DNA from: a virus
Taxonomy: Duplodnaviria > Caudoviricetes
Virus record (IMG/VR): IMGVR_UViG_3300032116_000204
Location: 1 to 60,395 of that record
Length of the DNA stretch: 60,395 bases
Reading direction: 5' to 3' (one strand)
In this document: positions 9,267-18,864 of the stretch, in pieces
How the letters are laid out: every line of letters begins with the position of its first letter
Numbering within the stretch: the stretch's first letter is position 1
Program-made: the position numbers and the translations under genes
The notes under the pieces: model-generated
The model's database searches: none
What the model was told of the DNA's origin: nothing
The model's input: the letters and a program-made list of their open reading frames with translations, nothing else

Positions 9267-12104
9267 TCAGAGCCCTTGCAGTATCAGTTTTCTGACCTGA
9301 TCGTATCGGCGGCCAAAGATACGTCTCCCCTCTGCGGCGCTTACAACCTGGGCCCTGCTGTAGCCGAAGACTCCCTCGTATTGCCCGGGCGCTTTGGCAA
9401 TGTCGACGATGGGTTTGTTGCCTGCAATGGCAGAGCGGTTGATGAGATTGGCTGCCACCTCGAGTTTGCCTCTGGCAGTGGGGCCGGCCTCGGTCAGCGA
9501 CGTAAAGGCCAGGGCGTTGATGTCCTGCTCGCTCAGCTTTTGTGCTCGAGCAATCGCCTTGGGCACTACGCCAGGCCTGAAGTCAAAAAACCAGTTCTCC
9601 GCTGGGTTGGACTGGTAATCACCAGGCCGCTTGTTCTGGACCAGGCTCACGCCCCGGAACTGGTTGGCGCCACGCAGGTCGCGGATCACACCCAGCAGGC
9701 TGGTCGATCCACGCATGGCGCTACCCGTAAAAGGGGTGATACCCCTCTCAGCTGCAGCAGCTGGTGGAACGAAGGCGTTGAGCAGAGTGTTGGCGAACTG
9801 GAGCCCCATCTTCTGTGCCACCGGCAGGTAGCGGTTGGTGGGCAGCATCCCCAGTCCACCGGTGCCAGTTGGAGCTTGCGACACCAGGTCGCCGCCATCG
9901 AGTTCCTGCAGGCGCTTCTGGGTTTCGGGGTCCAGCGGCATGCCATGCAGCTGCATCTGCCGGGAGAAGAAGGCACTGGGCTTCATCCCGCTGCGGCGGA
10001 TGATCTGGCGGGTGGCATCATCCAGCGGCTTGCCGGTCAGGATGCCGTCCAGCTGCTGACCCATCCGTTCTTTGGTGTACAGCGGCTGCGTCTCCGCCTG
10101 ACGACGCAGCTGTGCGTTCTGTGCAGCATCACCACGGGAGCCACCGGCCAAACCTCGAGCAATGTTCTCCGGCGTGGCTGATGCCGGTGGCGTCATCACC
10201 TGCTGGGGTAGGGCCTTGCTCAGCGCATTGCCGTATAGGTCGCCCAGTTGCTGCGTCGCATCAGCGCCAGGGTTCTTGCGGATCAGCTGGTCGCCAGATT
10301 TGTACAGCTGGCCCAGCATCGTCCACATCTCACGGGCCTCATTCGGCGTGAGGTTGGCTCCACCTTCAGAACCACCCCGGGCGTACTGGGCCTCGAGGCG
10401 TTTCCTCAGGTCATCCTGCAGGCCACGGAGCACCTGGTAGTTGGCCTTGTTGTCCTCACGGTTGCGACCGGCCTGTGTTGCCAGGAAGCTCTTGGCGGCG
10501 CTGTAGCTGATCTGCTGTGACTGCTGCAGCTGCAGGATGCGCTCAGTGAAATCGACACCAGGGTTGGTGGCCATCTCGGCCCACAGGTTGACCTCGGCCT
10601 TCTCCTGGTCCGGTTGCACGTAGCCAGCCCGGATGCTGGAGGTTTGCTTCTTCACCGCTTCCTCGTAGGCCAGGGCCATGTCGGGGTTCGACGCATACAG
10701 CTGGCGACCTCGTGCCAGTAGTGCGTTCTCCGTGGAATCAATGGCCGCAGGGTCAGCCAGCACCTCTGGAGTAAATGCAGCCTTGATGTCGGCCAGCACC
10801 TGCTCCTTCGCTTCCCGTCCCTCGAGCTGGTCGCCCAGGTTCTGCTGTGCGATCACCTGCTCCTGCAGATCCTTGGTGATCTCGTACAGGCCCTCCATGC
10901 CGCCGATCTGATCGAGCAGCAGGGGGCGCTTGTCGCCTGCACTGGCGGGGCCCACGCGCACCTGGGCCAGTACTTCCGGCACACGGGATAGAGCCAGCTT
11001 TGCCTTGCCCCAGTCGCCCTGCGAAGCGGACAGCACGGACCTCACAAGGCCCTTGGGGAACTCCTTCAGTTCCTTCTGGTACTCCTCATTGGTCTGGCCG
11101 CTCTGGCTATAGAAGCCGTCCAAGCCGTTGGTGAGGTTCGCTGCGATCTGCTCGAGGGGCAGGGCGCCATTCACCAGCGACATGGCATTGCCATCTTTCA
11201 CCGCGGTCAGACCTTCCTTGGCCTTCTGCGTCTTGTAGCCGCCGAACCGCTTCTCCTGGTCGGCAGCGACAGAGCCGTAGATGGCACCCAGCTGCTGGCG
11301 GTTGGACTCAAAGACATCCGGCAGGATTCCCATGGTCCCGTTGGGGAACATCAGGGCCGTCACCATCCGCTGGTACTCGGGGTCGCTGGCAGGCACTGAC
11401 TCCACAGGACGACCGTCCAGCAGGGTCTTGGTCTGCGCTACCCGCTCCTTCAGGGTCGCGGCATTGGCCTTGATGTAGGCGTCCTGCATGCCCATGGTGG
11501 CGTAGCGCAGGGCCCGGGGATCAGCGGCCTGGAACCGCCGCAGCATGTCGCCATAGCCTGCAGCTCCTTCAGTCACACCCTTCTCCAGGTGCTTCTGCAG
11601 CCCCTGCAGGCTGTCGAACACACCAGCCTGGGCTGCATCCCTGGCCAGGGCGCTGCCTGTTTGCTTGGCCACCGCATCATCCATGCGGTCCTTCTTCTGC
11701 AGGGTCTCGTTCAGCGAGTCGAAGAAGGTGCTGAATCCAGCCAGGGACTTCGACAGGGCCCCGATGTTGTCGACATAGGGGGCGTACTGCGGCTGGTTGA
11801 CGATGCTCTGCTGCACCACCGGGTTGGGTGATGCCATGGGCCGCGCCAGTTGCGACACCACAGGCGACTGCGCCCGTGCCGGGTTGGGCGGATTGGTGAT
11901 CTGCAACGCGCCACCCAGCGTGGGGCCTTGGCCTGGTGCGGAGAAGGTGTCGACGATTCGTTGCACGGCCTGCAGGGCCGGTGCTGCAATCTCGTTGGTG
12001 CCGATGGGTGCCTGACTGCTGGCATCCGGGATCCCGCCCAACAGGCGTGCCGGGGTGGATCTGTCGGTGTTCCCGTAGGCGGGACCAAGAGAAGGACGGG
12101 CCAT
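9267..12104 (-). CDS. Internal virion protein, gp15-like, with C-terminal SleB/Hydrolase_2-like cell-wall hydrolase
   Basis: Synteny; C-terminal LAFTSLTEAG...VAANLINR...IAKAPGQYE resembles Hydrolase_2. Confidence 0.7.
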   Translation of the reverse strand: MARPSLGPAYGNTDRSTPARLLGGIPDASSQAPIGTNEIAAPALQAVQRIVDTFSAPGQGPTLGGALQITNPPNPARAQSPVVSQLARPMASPNPVVQQSIVNQPQYAPYVDNIGALSKSLAGFSTFFDSLNETLQKKDRMDDAVAKQTGSALARDAAQAGVFDSLQGLQKHLEKGVTEGAAGYGDMLRRFQAADPRALRYATMGMQDAYIKANAATLKERVAQTKTLLDGRPVESVPASDPEYQRMVTALMFPNGTMGILPDVFESNRQQLGAIYGSVAADQEKRFGGYKTQKAKEGLTAVKDGNAMSLVNGALPLEQIAANLTNGLDGFYSQSGQTNEEYQKELKEFPKGLVRSVLSASQGDWGKAKLALSRVPEVLAQVRVGPASAGDKRPLLLDQIGGMEGLYEITKDLQEQVIAQQNLGDQLEGREAKEQVLADIKAAFTPEVLADPAAIDSTENALLARGRQLYASNPDMALAYEEAVKKQTSSIRAGYVQPDQEKAEVNLWAEMATNPGVDFTERILQLQQSQQISYSAAKSFLATQAGRNREDNKANYQVLRGLQDDLRKRLEAQYARGGSEGGANLTPNEAREMWTMLGQLYKSGDQLIRKNPGADATQQLGDLYGNALSKALPQQVMTPPASATPENIARGLAGGSRGDAAQNAQLRRQAETQPLYTKERMGQQLDGILTGKPLDDATRQIIRRSGMKPSAFFSRQMQLHGMPLDPETQKRLQELDGGDLVSQAPTGTGGLGMLPTNRYLPVAQKMGLQFANTLLNAFVPPAAAAERGITPFTGSAMRGSTSLLGVIRDLRGANQFRGVSLVQNKRPGDYQSNPAENWFFDFRPGVVPKAIARAQKLSEQDINALAFTSLTEAGPTARGKLEVAANLINRSAIAGNKPIVDIAKAPGQYEGVFGYSRAQVVSAAEGRRIFGRRYDQVRKLILQGL

Positions 12105-12110
12105 CGGTTA

Positions 12111-13115
12111 CTAGCTCCTGCCGGGCAGCTTGCCGGTCTTCTGGGCGTATTTGTAGTCGTAGGCGGCGCCCGCCACCTTTGATGCCCCAGTGAGTCCTGT
12201 GCTGATGGCCTGCAGCGTGTACGGCGTCTGGTCCACGTAGGCCCGGGACACAGCGCCCTGCGTCACCGTGCCCCGCGTCACCTGCTGCCTGGTGGGCGCC
12301 GGTGCGTACATCGGTGCCACGCCACTGCCTGGTGCCAGGGCCTGGCCCTTGATCGGGTCGGTGTACAGCTGCTTGATGTACGGCTGCTCGGATGCCTTGC
12401 GTGCGGCGTACTGCGCCTGGCTGCCGCGTTTCTGTTCCTGGATGTCCGCACCCGTGAAGGCCAGGTTGCGGTTGGTGGCGTAGTCGTAGGAAGCCTGCTG
12501 CCGGTAGTAGTCCGCCAGTAGGTTCTCCACCGTGTTGCCCGTGCGGCCAGAGGCGCGGACGGTGGCCTTCTCCTGGGCGATCTCCCTGGATGCCTTGCTC
12601 TTCTGCTGGGCCGCGGCTTCCTCCTCCTGCATGAACCGAAGGTCAAGCAACCGCAGATCGTTGCTGTAGGCGATGCCAGCCAGCTCAGAGTTGAGCTCCA
12701 TCACCGACTGCTGCTGCTGTTGACGAGCGGCCTCATAGGCCCGCTGTGATTCCACCTGGGCCTGCTGGTATTCGTAGTTCTGCTGGTTGACTGCCTGCTC
12801 GTACTGATACTGCCGCTGCTGTTCAGCCAGCTGGTAGTCGTACTGCAGGTACGAGTTGCGGTAGTCGAACTCCCGCTGCGACACCTGGTTCTGGTACGTG
12901 TACTCAGCCATGCGCAGCTGCTCCTGGAACTGATAGTCCATCTGCCGCTGCTGCTCAGCGAACTGGAACTGAGCCTGCTGCTGCTGGATCTGATAGTTGT
13001 AGTTGGCCTGAGCCTCTGCAGACTGCCCCTGCTGGACGGAGCTGTAGATACCCAGGCCCGTGCTGAGGACAGAGACGCCAAGGCTAATGGCGGCGATTGT
13101 CGCGGGTTCACACAT
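12111..13115 (-). CDS. Internal virion protein B, gp14-like
   Basis: MCEP N-terminus followed by a hydrophobic stretch, Q/Y-rich coiled coil, ASGRTGNTV motif; synteny. Confidence 0.75.
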   Translation of the reverse strand: MCEPATIAAISLGVSVLSTGLGIYSSVQQGQSAEAQANYNYQIQQQQAQFQFAEQQRQMDYQFQEQLRMAEYTYQNQVSQREFDYRNSYLQYDYQLAEQQRQYQYEQAVNQQNYEYQQAQVESQRAYEAARQQQQQSVMELNSELAGIAYSNDLRLLDLRFMQEEEAAAQQKSKASREIAQEKATVRASGRTGNTVENLLADYYRQQASYDYATNRNLAFTGADIQEQKRGSQAQYAARKASEQPYIKQLYTDPIKGQALAPGSGVAPMYAPAPTRQQVTRGTVTQGAVSRAYVDQTPYTLQAISTGLTGASKVAGAAYDYKYAQKTGKLPGRS

Positions 13116-13587
13116 GGCTGTTCACCTGGCAGAACTCAAGAAACAGTCGACCTTCTGCCCCGTAGTTTGGATGCTGGGCGACGAAGGTAAAGCCCATCCA
13201 CCGGATCCACCTTATGTGGACCTTGTTGCGTGCATCAACGCAGTTGCACAGCACCCGGTAGTTGCAGAGCATTTCCCTCATGTAGGCCTTCCCATGGCGC
13301 AGGAACTGTGCGCGGACCGCCTTGTTGAACACCAACTGATCAGTGCCCAGGAGCCACACCCTGCCCACTCCATTCCCGGCAGGCACTGCCCCCCACATCG
13401 CCACAGGGGTGCCATCTTTTCGGCAGATGGTCATGCAAGGGCCGCTGGCCATGAAGCAGTACAGCAGGGCGGTGGCAGGGGTCTCGCCAGAGCCCGCCTT
13501 GATCTCTGCGACATCAGCCTTCCGCATGTTGGCGGCCACCACCGCAATGTCCTTGGCGATGCTCTTGCGGGTGTACGCGGCGCTCAT
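13108..13587 (-). CDS. gp13-like internal virion protein A / GNAT-fold protein
   Basis: MRKADVAEI...VWLLGT...N.V...N..HIRWIRWMGF pattern; start re-called at ATG 13587, overlapping the gp12 stop. Confidence 0.75.
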   Translation of the reverse strand: MSAAYTRKSIAKDIAVVAANMRKADVAEIKAGSGETPATALLYCFMASGPCMTICRKDGTPVAMWGAVPAGNGVGRVWLLGTDQLVFNKAVRAQFLRHGKAYMREMLCNYRVLCNCVDARNKVHIRWIRWMGFTFVAQHPNYGAEGRLFLEFCQVNSHV

Positions 13588-15992
13588 AGGCGTTCTGTCC
13601 GGCTGAAGTACATGCCCTCCCACTCTGCTGACTGGACGCGACAGGGCAGAGGGCTGCTGCTCCTGATCTCCACCTTGGTGTCGATGTTCTGTGCCATCAC
13701 CGGCACGCGGAACTTGCCAACCATCTGTGACACCTCGCCCAGCAATGCGCCGCTGTCGCCCAGGGTCAGCCCGTTGTACGGGTGCTTCTTGGTGTCGCGG
13801 CCACGCGGGGTGACCCACACCTCGAAATGCCCGCTCTTGTCATGGATCAGCGTCCAGGTCCGCATCTGCAACCTGGGCCCACCGATCACAGCGACGCCAC
13901 CGCCCTGGGGCTGCTCCTTCAAGTACGGGGTGCTGAACTCGTACCGCATCTCGTAGAGCTCGCCCACGAAAAACTTCGCCGTCGTCAGGTCGCCGCGCAC
14001 CGTGATGGTGTTGCCGGTCTGGCTGATGGGGTAGATCACCTGGCCGGGGGCGATGGTGTTGCCGGTGGCGACGCGGCCCACCACCACCATCTGCGCGGCT
14101 GTGTTCCGAGGGTAAGGCAGCGTGATGGTCGACTGGGTGTCCAGGCCGCTGGGGTTGGTGAGCGCCACCGTGCAGCTGGCCTCAGTCGTTTTGCGATCTA
14201 CCAGCAGCTCGAAGTCGGCCCCGGCATCCACGCTCTCAGGGCGGGCCACCACCTTCTCCAGGTACACCCCATCGGCGTACTCGACCACGGCGTACAGGTC
14301 GCTGTCGACGAACTGGATGCCAATGATCGACTTAGCCCCTGATGCCTCCCAGTAAGACCAGGCGCTCTGCAGCTTCTGGTCCCCCTGGAAGAAGAACTTG
14401 TACAGGTAGATCCGCTTGGGTTGGCTCTTGGCGATCAGGGCCACTGCCTCCTCCGACACAGAGGCCGTCATCTGCGCCACGTCAGACGGCACAAACCGTG
14501 GCACCGCCGACGTCACCTCATCCGATGCAGGTACTGGGCTGGTGGTGTCCGGGAGGAAGTATTCCCGCAGGCCGCCGAACTCCCCTCGAGGGATGGTGAA
14601 GAAGATCGTGCGACCTGCCGCCACAGGGTCCACCCCGTCGTACAGCTCGAAGGTGGTCATGGCCGTGATGTTGGCGCTCTTGGGCGTGAGCGGTTGCACG
14701 GTCAAAGAGCCACTGTCCAGGCGGAACTGGCCGTGCCTGGAGAACAGCAGCAGCGTGCTGGCAAACGGCACTGCAGCCAGCAGGATGTTCACCTGGTTGC
14801 CGCCGCACGTCAGGTCGATGGGGTCGGAGTCCAGGACGGTCTGCACGGTCTCCGGAAAGAACCGCTCGAACTCATCAGCTGCCGACATCACCACGTTCTC
14901 GTCGGTCAGCAGGGCCAGCCGGTTGCGGAACACCGTGATGTTGTTGATCGGTGAACCCACGAAGCTGGGGTTGGCTGCACTGGTCTCATCACCTGCAGGC
15001 CGCGGCGACCAGTCGAACTGCTTGAACGTGTAGGTGCCGTCGTTGTTGCGCACCAGGACGTGCGGCATGGTTGCCGGGTCCAGCTTGTAGTTGATGCCTG
15101 GGCCGACGGTCTCCTTCCACACGCCTGGGCCGAAGCCGCTGCCAGCGTTGGCCTCGAAGGTCAGGTACCAGTCATCGAACTCAGTGGCTGTGCTGCCCTG
15201 CACCTTCACGATGAAGCCGTGTGTGGCGATGGTCGGCAGGTCAGTCACGGATCCCGCCGTGTTCTTAATGGGACGAATCGATTGACCGTCGAACCCATCA
15301 GTAGCGGCCAGGGTGTAGTCGGCCCCGTCGTCCTTCTGGATGTTGATGATGTAGTCGTTGACCGTGATGGTCCATCCAGCCCCCAGGGCCGTCGCCAGGC
15401 TGTTGCGCAGGTTGGTGGCGATGGTTGGGGTGGTGGGCTGGCCCCCGCCCACAGCAGGGGTGGTGTAGGTCACGGTGGTGGCGTTCACCGTGACTGAGTA
15501 CGTGGTGTTGTACTGAGCGGCCTTCACGAACACCATCGACTTGGTGCCCCAGGTGGGGCTCTTGTCCCCGGCACCGGTCAGCATTGCGGGCACCTTCTCC
15601 CGGTTCACGATGAAGGTGTAGTCCGCCACGGATGCCACGCGGAACTGCTTGCTGGGTTCCCCCGTGACGTCCAGGTAGCTGACGCCGTTGGGCGTGGTGA
15701 CGGTTTTGCTGTTGCCAGCCAGGTCAAACACCTTGATGGCCTGGTCCTGCAGCAAGATCCCCCACCGATTGGCCCCGTCCCGGTCCACTACGGTGAAGAA
15801 GGGACGGCCTGAACCTGCAGTGCCGGCAAAGATCTGCTTGAGGTGGTTGAAGGCAGGGCGCTTCTTCAGCCCTTCCACAGGGCTGGGCATGCAGTTCACG
15901 ACCACCTCGGCCTGAGAGGCCAGGCGCAGCGCTGCAGGCTGCTGACTCACCCCATTGATCAGGTTGGGGATGGTGCTGCTGACGAAGGGCAT
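13584..15992 (-). CDS. Tail tubular protein B (gp12-like), module A
   Basis: IPNLINGVSQQP...GLKKRP N-terminus, 802 aa, follows gp11-like gene. Confidence 0.92.
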   Translation of the reverse strand: MPFVSSTIPNLINGVSQQPAALRLASQAEVVVNCMPSPVEGLKKRPAFNHLKQIFAGTAGSGRPFFTVVDRDGANRWGILLQDQAIKVFDLAGNSKTVTTPNGVSYLDVTGEPSKQFRVASVADYTFIVNREKVPAMLTGAGDKSPTWGTKSMVFVKAAQYNTTYSVTVNATTVTYTTPAVGGGQPTTPTIATNLRNSLATALGAGWTITVNDYIINIQKDDGADYTLAATDGFDGQSIRPIKNTAGSVTDLPTIATHGFIVKVQGSTATEFDDWYLTFEANAGSGFGPGVWKETVGPGINYKLDPATMPHVLVRNNDGTYTFKQFDWSPRPAGDETSAANPSFVGSPINNITVFRNRLALLTDENVVMSAADEFERFFPETVQTVLDSDPIDLTCGGNQVNILLAAVPFASTLLLFSRHGQFRLDSGSLTVQPLTPKSANITAMTTFELYDGVDPVAAGRTIFFTIPRGEFGGLREYFLPDTTSPVPASDEVTSAVPRFVPSDVAQMTASVSEEAVALIAKSQPKRIYLYKFFFQGDQKLQSAWSYWEASGAKSIIGIQFVDSDLYAVVEYADGVYLEKVVARPESVDAGADFELLVDRKTTEASCTVALTNPSGLDTQSTITLPYPRNTAAQMVVVGRVATGNTIAPGQVIYPISQTGNTITVRGDLTTAKFFVGELYEMRYEFSTPYLKEQPQGGGVAVIGGPRLQMRTWTLIHDKSGHFEVWVTPRGRDTKKHPYNGLTLGDSGALLGEVSQMVGKFRVPVMAQNIDTKVEIRSSSPLPCRVQSAEWEGMYFSRTERL

Positions 15993-15995
15993 GGC

Positions 15996-16604
15996 TTAAC
16001 GACGCAGGGCCTGCGAGGGGATGTAGCTCAGGTAAGGGCCCGTGATGTTGGGGTTGCCCTGCAGCATGTTGTGGCTCGAGGTGGTTGTCTCGATCTCGTA
16101 GAAGGCGGACTTGGCCTCCACCTCCATGCCGTAGTTGACCTGATCCAGGTCCCGGGAGCCGATGATCGACTGCTGCAGCTCGCGGCCTGCAGTCACAGCG
16201 ATGTACCGGCGGGCATGCTCGGGCAGCTCCTCCCAGTCCAGGCCGTAGGTCACGTCAGCAGTGATGTCCTGGGTGAAGGCGTAGGTCCCACCCTTGCGGT
16301 CGTACAGCTTGTCTCCCCGCTGCACGATGTCCAGGCTCGAGTAGTCGTACGGGTTCACCTCCACCCGCAGGGCATTGGCAGGCAGGTTGATCTGATTGCT
16401 GATGACATCCCGCAGCAGGGTGCGCTGGTAGTCGGTGTTGAACGACCAGGCCTCGGACTGCAGCTTGCGACTCACGGTCAGGATGGAGTCGGCGGCCTGC
16501 TGTGCCAGTCCAAACTGTCCATCCAGGCTGTCGACAGGCGCCTCGCCCATCATCCGCAGCACCAGGTTCACGGCTTCCAGGTAGGTGGTGCGAGTGATGG
16601 TCAT
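15996..16604 (-). CDS. Tail tubular protein A (gp11-like), module A
   Basis: LEAVNLVLRMMGEAPVDSL...WSFN motif; start re-called at ATG 16604, downstream of the capsid terminator. Confidence 0.9.
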   Translation of the reverse strand: MTITRTTYLEAVNLVLRMMGEAPVDSLDGQFGLAQQAADSILTVSRKLQSEAWSFNTDYQRTLLRDVISNQINLPANALRVEVNPYDYSSLDIVQRGDKLYDRKGGTYAFTQDITADVTYGLDWEELPEHARRYIAVTAGRELQQSIIGSRDLDQVNYGMEVEAKSAFYEIETTTSSHNMLQGNPNITGPYLSYIPSQALRR

Positions 16605-16620
16605 GGCCTGCTCTCGGGGA

Positions 16621-16647
16621 AAAGGAAAAGGGGGCCCGTAGGCCCCC
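16621..16647 (-). terminator. Intrinsic terminator after major capsid gene A (T-phi position)
   Basis: Minus strand GGGGGCC-TACG-GGCCCCC followed by TTTTCCTTT. Confidence 0.85.
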
Positions 16648-16656
16648 ACTCAACCG

Positions 16657-17640
16657 TCAGCTGGTGGCGGTGTAAATCTCAACGGCGCAGTCAGGGCGCA
16701 GCACGCCGCTGCCCAGGGCCATCGAGCCGACCATGAAGGTTCCCTGCCAGAGGGCATGGATGTCGGAGCCGGTCTGCTCCATCTTCAGGTCCATCAGCTT
16801 CACGGTACCCACGGCCTGCTTGTTGAAGACAAGCGACACGCAGTCGGTGAAGTTGCCGCTGTAGTCGTTGTTCTCCCCGGTGGCCGCAGAGCGGTTAGTG
16901 GTGGGGAGGTGGTTCGACTTCAGGATGGTGATGCCCGCCACCTTCAGCACGGTGCCGTCGGCGTAGGCGCCAGCGCCACCCCAGTCACGGTTGATGACGT
17001 TGGTCTCCTGGACGAGCTTGTAATACTCCGCGGGAGCAAGCACGCAGTAGCGGTCGTTCTCGGGGAGGTTGTTCTCGTCCATCTTCTGGGCTGCGCTGAA
17101 CATCGCAGTGGCCAGCTGGGCGCCAGTGATTGCAGTCTTGGAGGCTGCAACGATCTTGATGCGGGTGCCGCCAGGCAGGTCGGTGTTGAAGTTGGTGGCA
17201 GTGCGGGCTGCCTTAGCCAGCATCGCTGCGATGTTTTGGTCGAAGCGATAGGCCAGGGCGTTGCCCATCTCGGTGCTGTACTGCGACCGCACGTCGTAGT
17301 GATTCTTGGCTTCATCGATGTCAGCGACGAAGACATTGCTCACCAGCTTGTCATCGATGTTGATGACAGCTTCAGCGTGCTTCACCTGGTTCCCGGTCAG
17401 CATGGTGCCGGGAGTGTGGTACGAAGTGCTGGTCAGGCCGATGATCGGGAACTGTGCACTTTTGCCGGAGCTGATAGTCCGAACAGTGTGCAGGGCCTCG
17501 AAGATCGTGCTCTTGCGGAACGCAGTCAGAACCTCGCCCCCGAAGATTTTCAGGAACAGGGCGTTATCGCCAGCGAACGAACCGCCGCCAGCATTGTTGA
17601 TTAAGCCAAGACGCGAAGCGTCAAAGTTGGGGGCAGCCAT
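16657..17640 (-). CDS. Major capsid protein (gp10-like), module A
   Basis: ALFLKIFGGEVLTAF...RTISSGKSAQFP...G.GVLRP motifs. Confidence 0.95.
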   Translation of the reverse strand: MAAPNFDASRLGLINNAGGGSFAGDNALFLKIFGGEVLTAFRKSTIFEALHTVRTISSGKSAQFPIIGLTSTSYHTPGTMLTGNQVKHAEAVINIDDKLVSNVFVADIDEAKNHYDVRSQYSTEMGNALAYRFDQNIAAMLAKAARTATNFNTDLPGGTRIKIVAASKTAITGAQLATAMFSAAQKMDENNLPENDRYCVLAPAEYYKLVQETNVINRDWGGAGAYADGTVLKVAGITILKSNHLPTTNRSAATGENNDYSGNFTDCVSLVFNKQAVGTVKLMDLKMEQTGSDIHALWQGTFMVGSMALGSGVLRPDCAVEIYTATS

Positions 17641-17693
17641 GATGGGCTCCTAGGGAAGTTGGGTTGTTGCCCCGACCTCGCCTCCTTCCGCTG

Positions 17694-17759
17694 GGGGTGT
17701 CCTCCGCAGAGGGCCGTCGCTTCCGCGAGAAGGTCTAGGTGCTCGAAGTGTAGGCACCT
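17694..17759 (-). promoter_or_regulatory. Conserved capsid-leader elements (palindrome plus hairpin), module A
   Basis: AGGTGC-N11-GCACCT at 17737-17759 and minus-strand GGC-CCTC-TGCG-GAGG-ACACCCC at 17694-17715; both have counterparts upstream of capsid B. Confidence 0.6.
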
Positions 17760-17770
17760 GATCCACAAAG

Positions 17771-17799
17771 AAAAAAGCCCCGGACTTTGGGACCGGGGC
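17771..17799 (-). terminator. Intrinsic terminator after scaffold gene A
   Basis: Minus strand GCCCCGG-N9-CCGGGGC followed by TTTTTT. Confidence 0.8.
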
Positions 17800-17823
17800 C
17801 GACGTGCTTTCTGTGCACAGACG

Positions 17824-18657
17824 TTACATGATGCTGGACTGCTTGAGTTTCTCTTCCACCTTCCTGCGGTATGCAGAATCCGACTGGTACCTGGGGTCCG
17901 ACATCGCAGCCACCAACTGAGCCGTCGACTCGAACTTCTCCCCGCCGGTCTTGGGCGCCTTGCCGCCGATCAGCTTGGGCTCACGACCCTCGGCAGCAGT
18001 GAACTTGGCATGCAGGCCAGCGATGGCCAGCTTCGCCACGTTTAGCGGCTGAGTGTTCACCACCTGGTTGAAGGCGTCCTGCTCCTCCTTGGGCAGGTTG
18101 TTGCCGGCCCACTGGATCATGGCGTTGTACTGCGCCTCACCGCCGTACTCCTCCTTGATGGCAGTGATCTCCTTGACGGTGAGCTGACTGTCCTGGGCGG
18201 CCTTGTAGTTCAGGCCAGCCAGGTAAGCATCCACCATGTCCCGGGTGAAGCCAGCCTCTTCGAGTTGGCCATAGTCACCCTCCTCGAGCTTGCCGCCTTG
18301 GGCGAACCGATCAGCCATCGACGTGAAGTCAATGTTCGACTCCTCCAATCGAGAGCCGATGAAGTCGCCGTAGATCTCCCGGGCATTGCTGGCCGGTGCC
18401 TCCGCCTCGTCGTTGGGTTCCTCTGCCTCTGGCTGATCATTGGCATCAGCTTCTGCTGCAGCAGGCGGCTTGGTCCCCTGGCCCAGCTTGGACTGCAGCT
18501 CCTTGTACGCCTTCTCCAGCTCCTCGACTGACTTGTACTTGCCAGCCAGCAGTTGATCTTCTGAGCCAGGCTGCTGCTCCAGGGCCTGCAGCATCTCCTG
18601 GTTCTCAGGCGACAGGGCAGGGGATTGCTCTTGGACGATGGTGATTGCTTCGGGCAT
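17824..18657 (-). CDS. Capsid assembly scaffold protein (gp9-like), module A
   Basis: LAGKYKSVEELEKAYKEL, GGEAQY..MIQWA, AMSDPRY..D.AYR motifs; acidic; lies between portal and capsid. Confidence 0.9.
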   Translation of the reverse strand: MPEAITIVQEQSPALSPENQEMLQALEQQPGSEDQLLAGKYKSVEELEKAYKELQSKLGQGTKPPAAAEADANDQPEAEEPNDEAEAPASNAREIYGDFIGSRLEESNIDFTSMADRFAQGGKLEEGDYGQLEEAGFTRDMVDAYLAGLNYKAAQDSQLTVKEITAIKEEYGGEAQYNAMIQWAGNNLPKEEQDAFNQVVNTQPLNVAKLAIAGLHAKFTAAEGREPKLIGGKAPKTGGEKFESTAQLVAAMSDPRYQSDSAYRRKVEEKLKQSSIM

Positions 18658-18666
18658 GGTGGGTGG

Positions 18667-18864
18667 TTACTTGATGGTGATAGTGCCATCCTTGTCGGTG
18701 GTCACGACAGGGATGGGTGCGGGTGCAGCCGGCTCCTTGCGCTCTACCTTCCCGATCACGATGTCTTCGGAAGGGCCGTGCTCGGGCACGCCGGACTCCT
18801 TGTTGATCACGGAGATCGGATCAGGCTGGGAGCTGTTCTCCTTCTGGGCTGTTGAGCGGGGCAT
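18667..18864 (-). CDS. Small hypothetical protein between portal and scaffold
   Basis: 65-aa ORF filling the gap; overlaps the portal 3' end. Confidence 0.5.
   Translation of the reverse strand: MPRSTAQKENSSQPDPISVINKESGVPEHGPSEDIVIGKVERKEPAAPAPIPVVTTDKDGTITIK

Noticed and set aside
16657-16700. gp10B-type frameshift extension of either capsid
   Set aside because: No clear slippery site, and a terminator follows closely after each capsid gene
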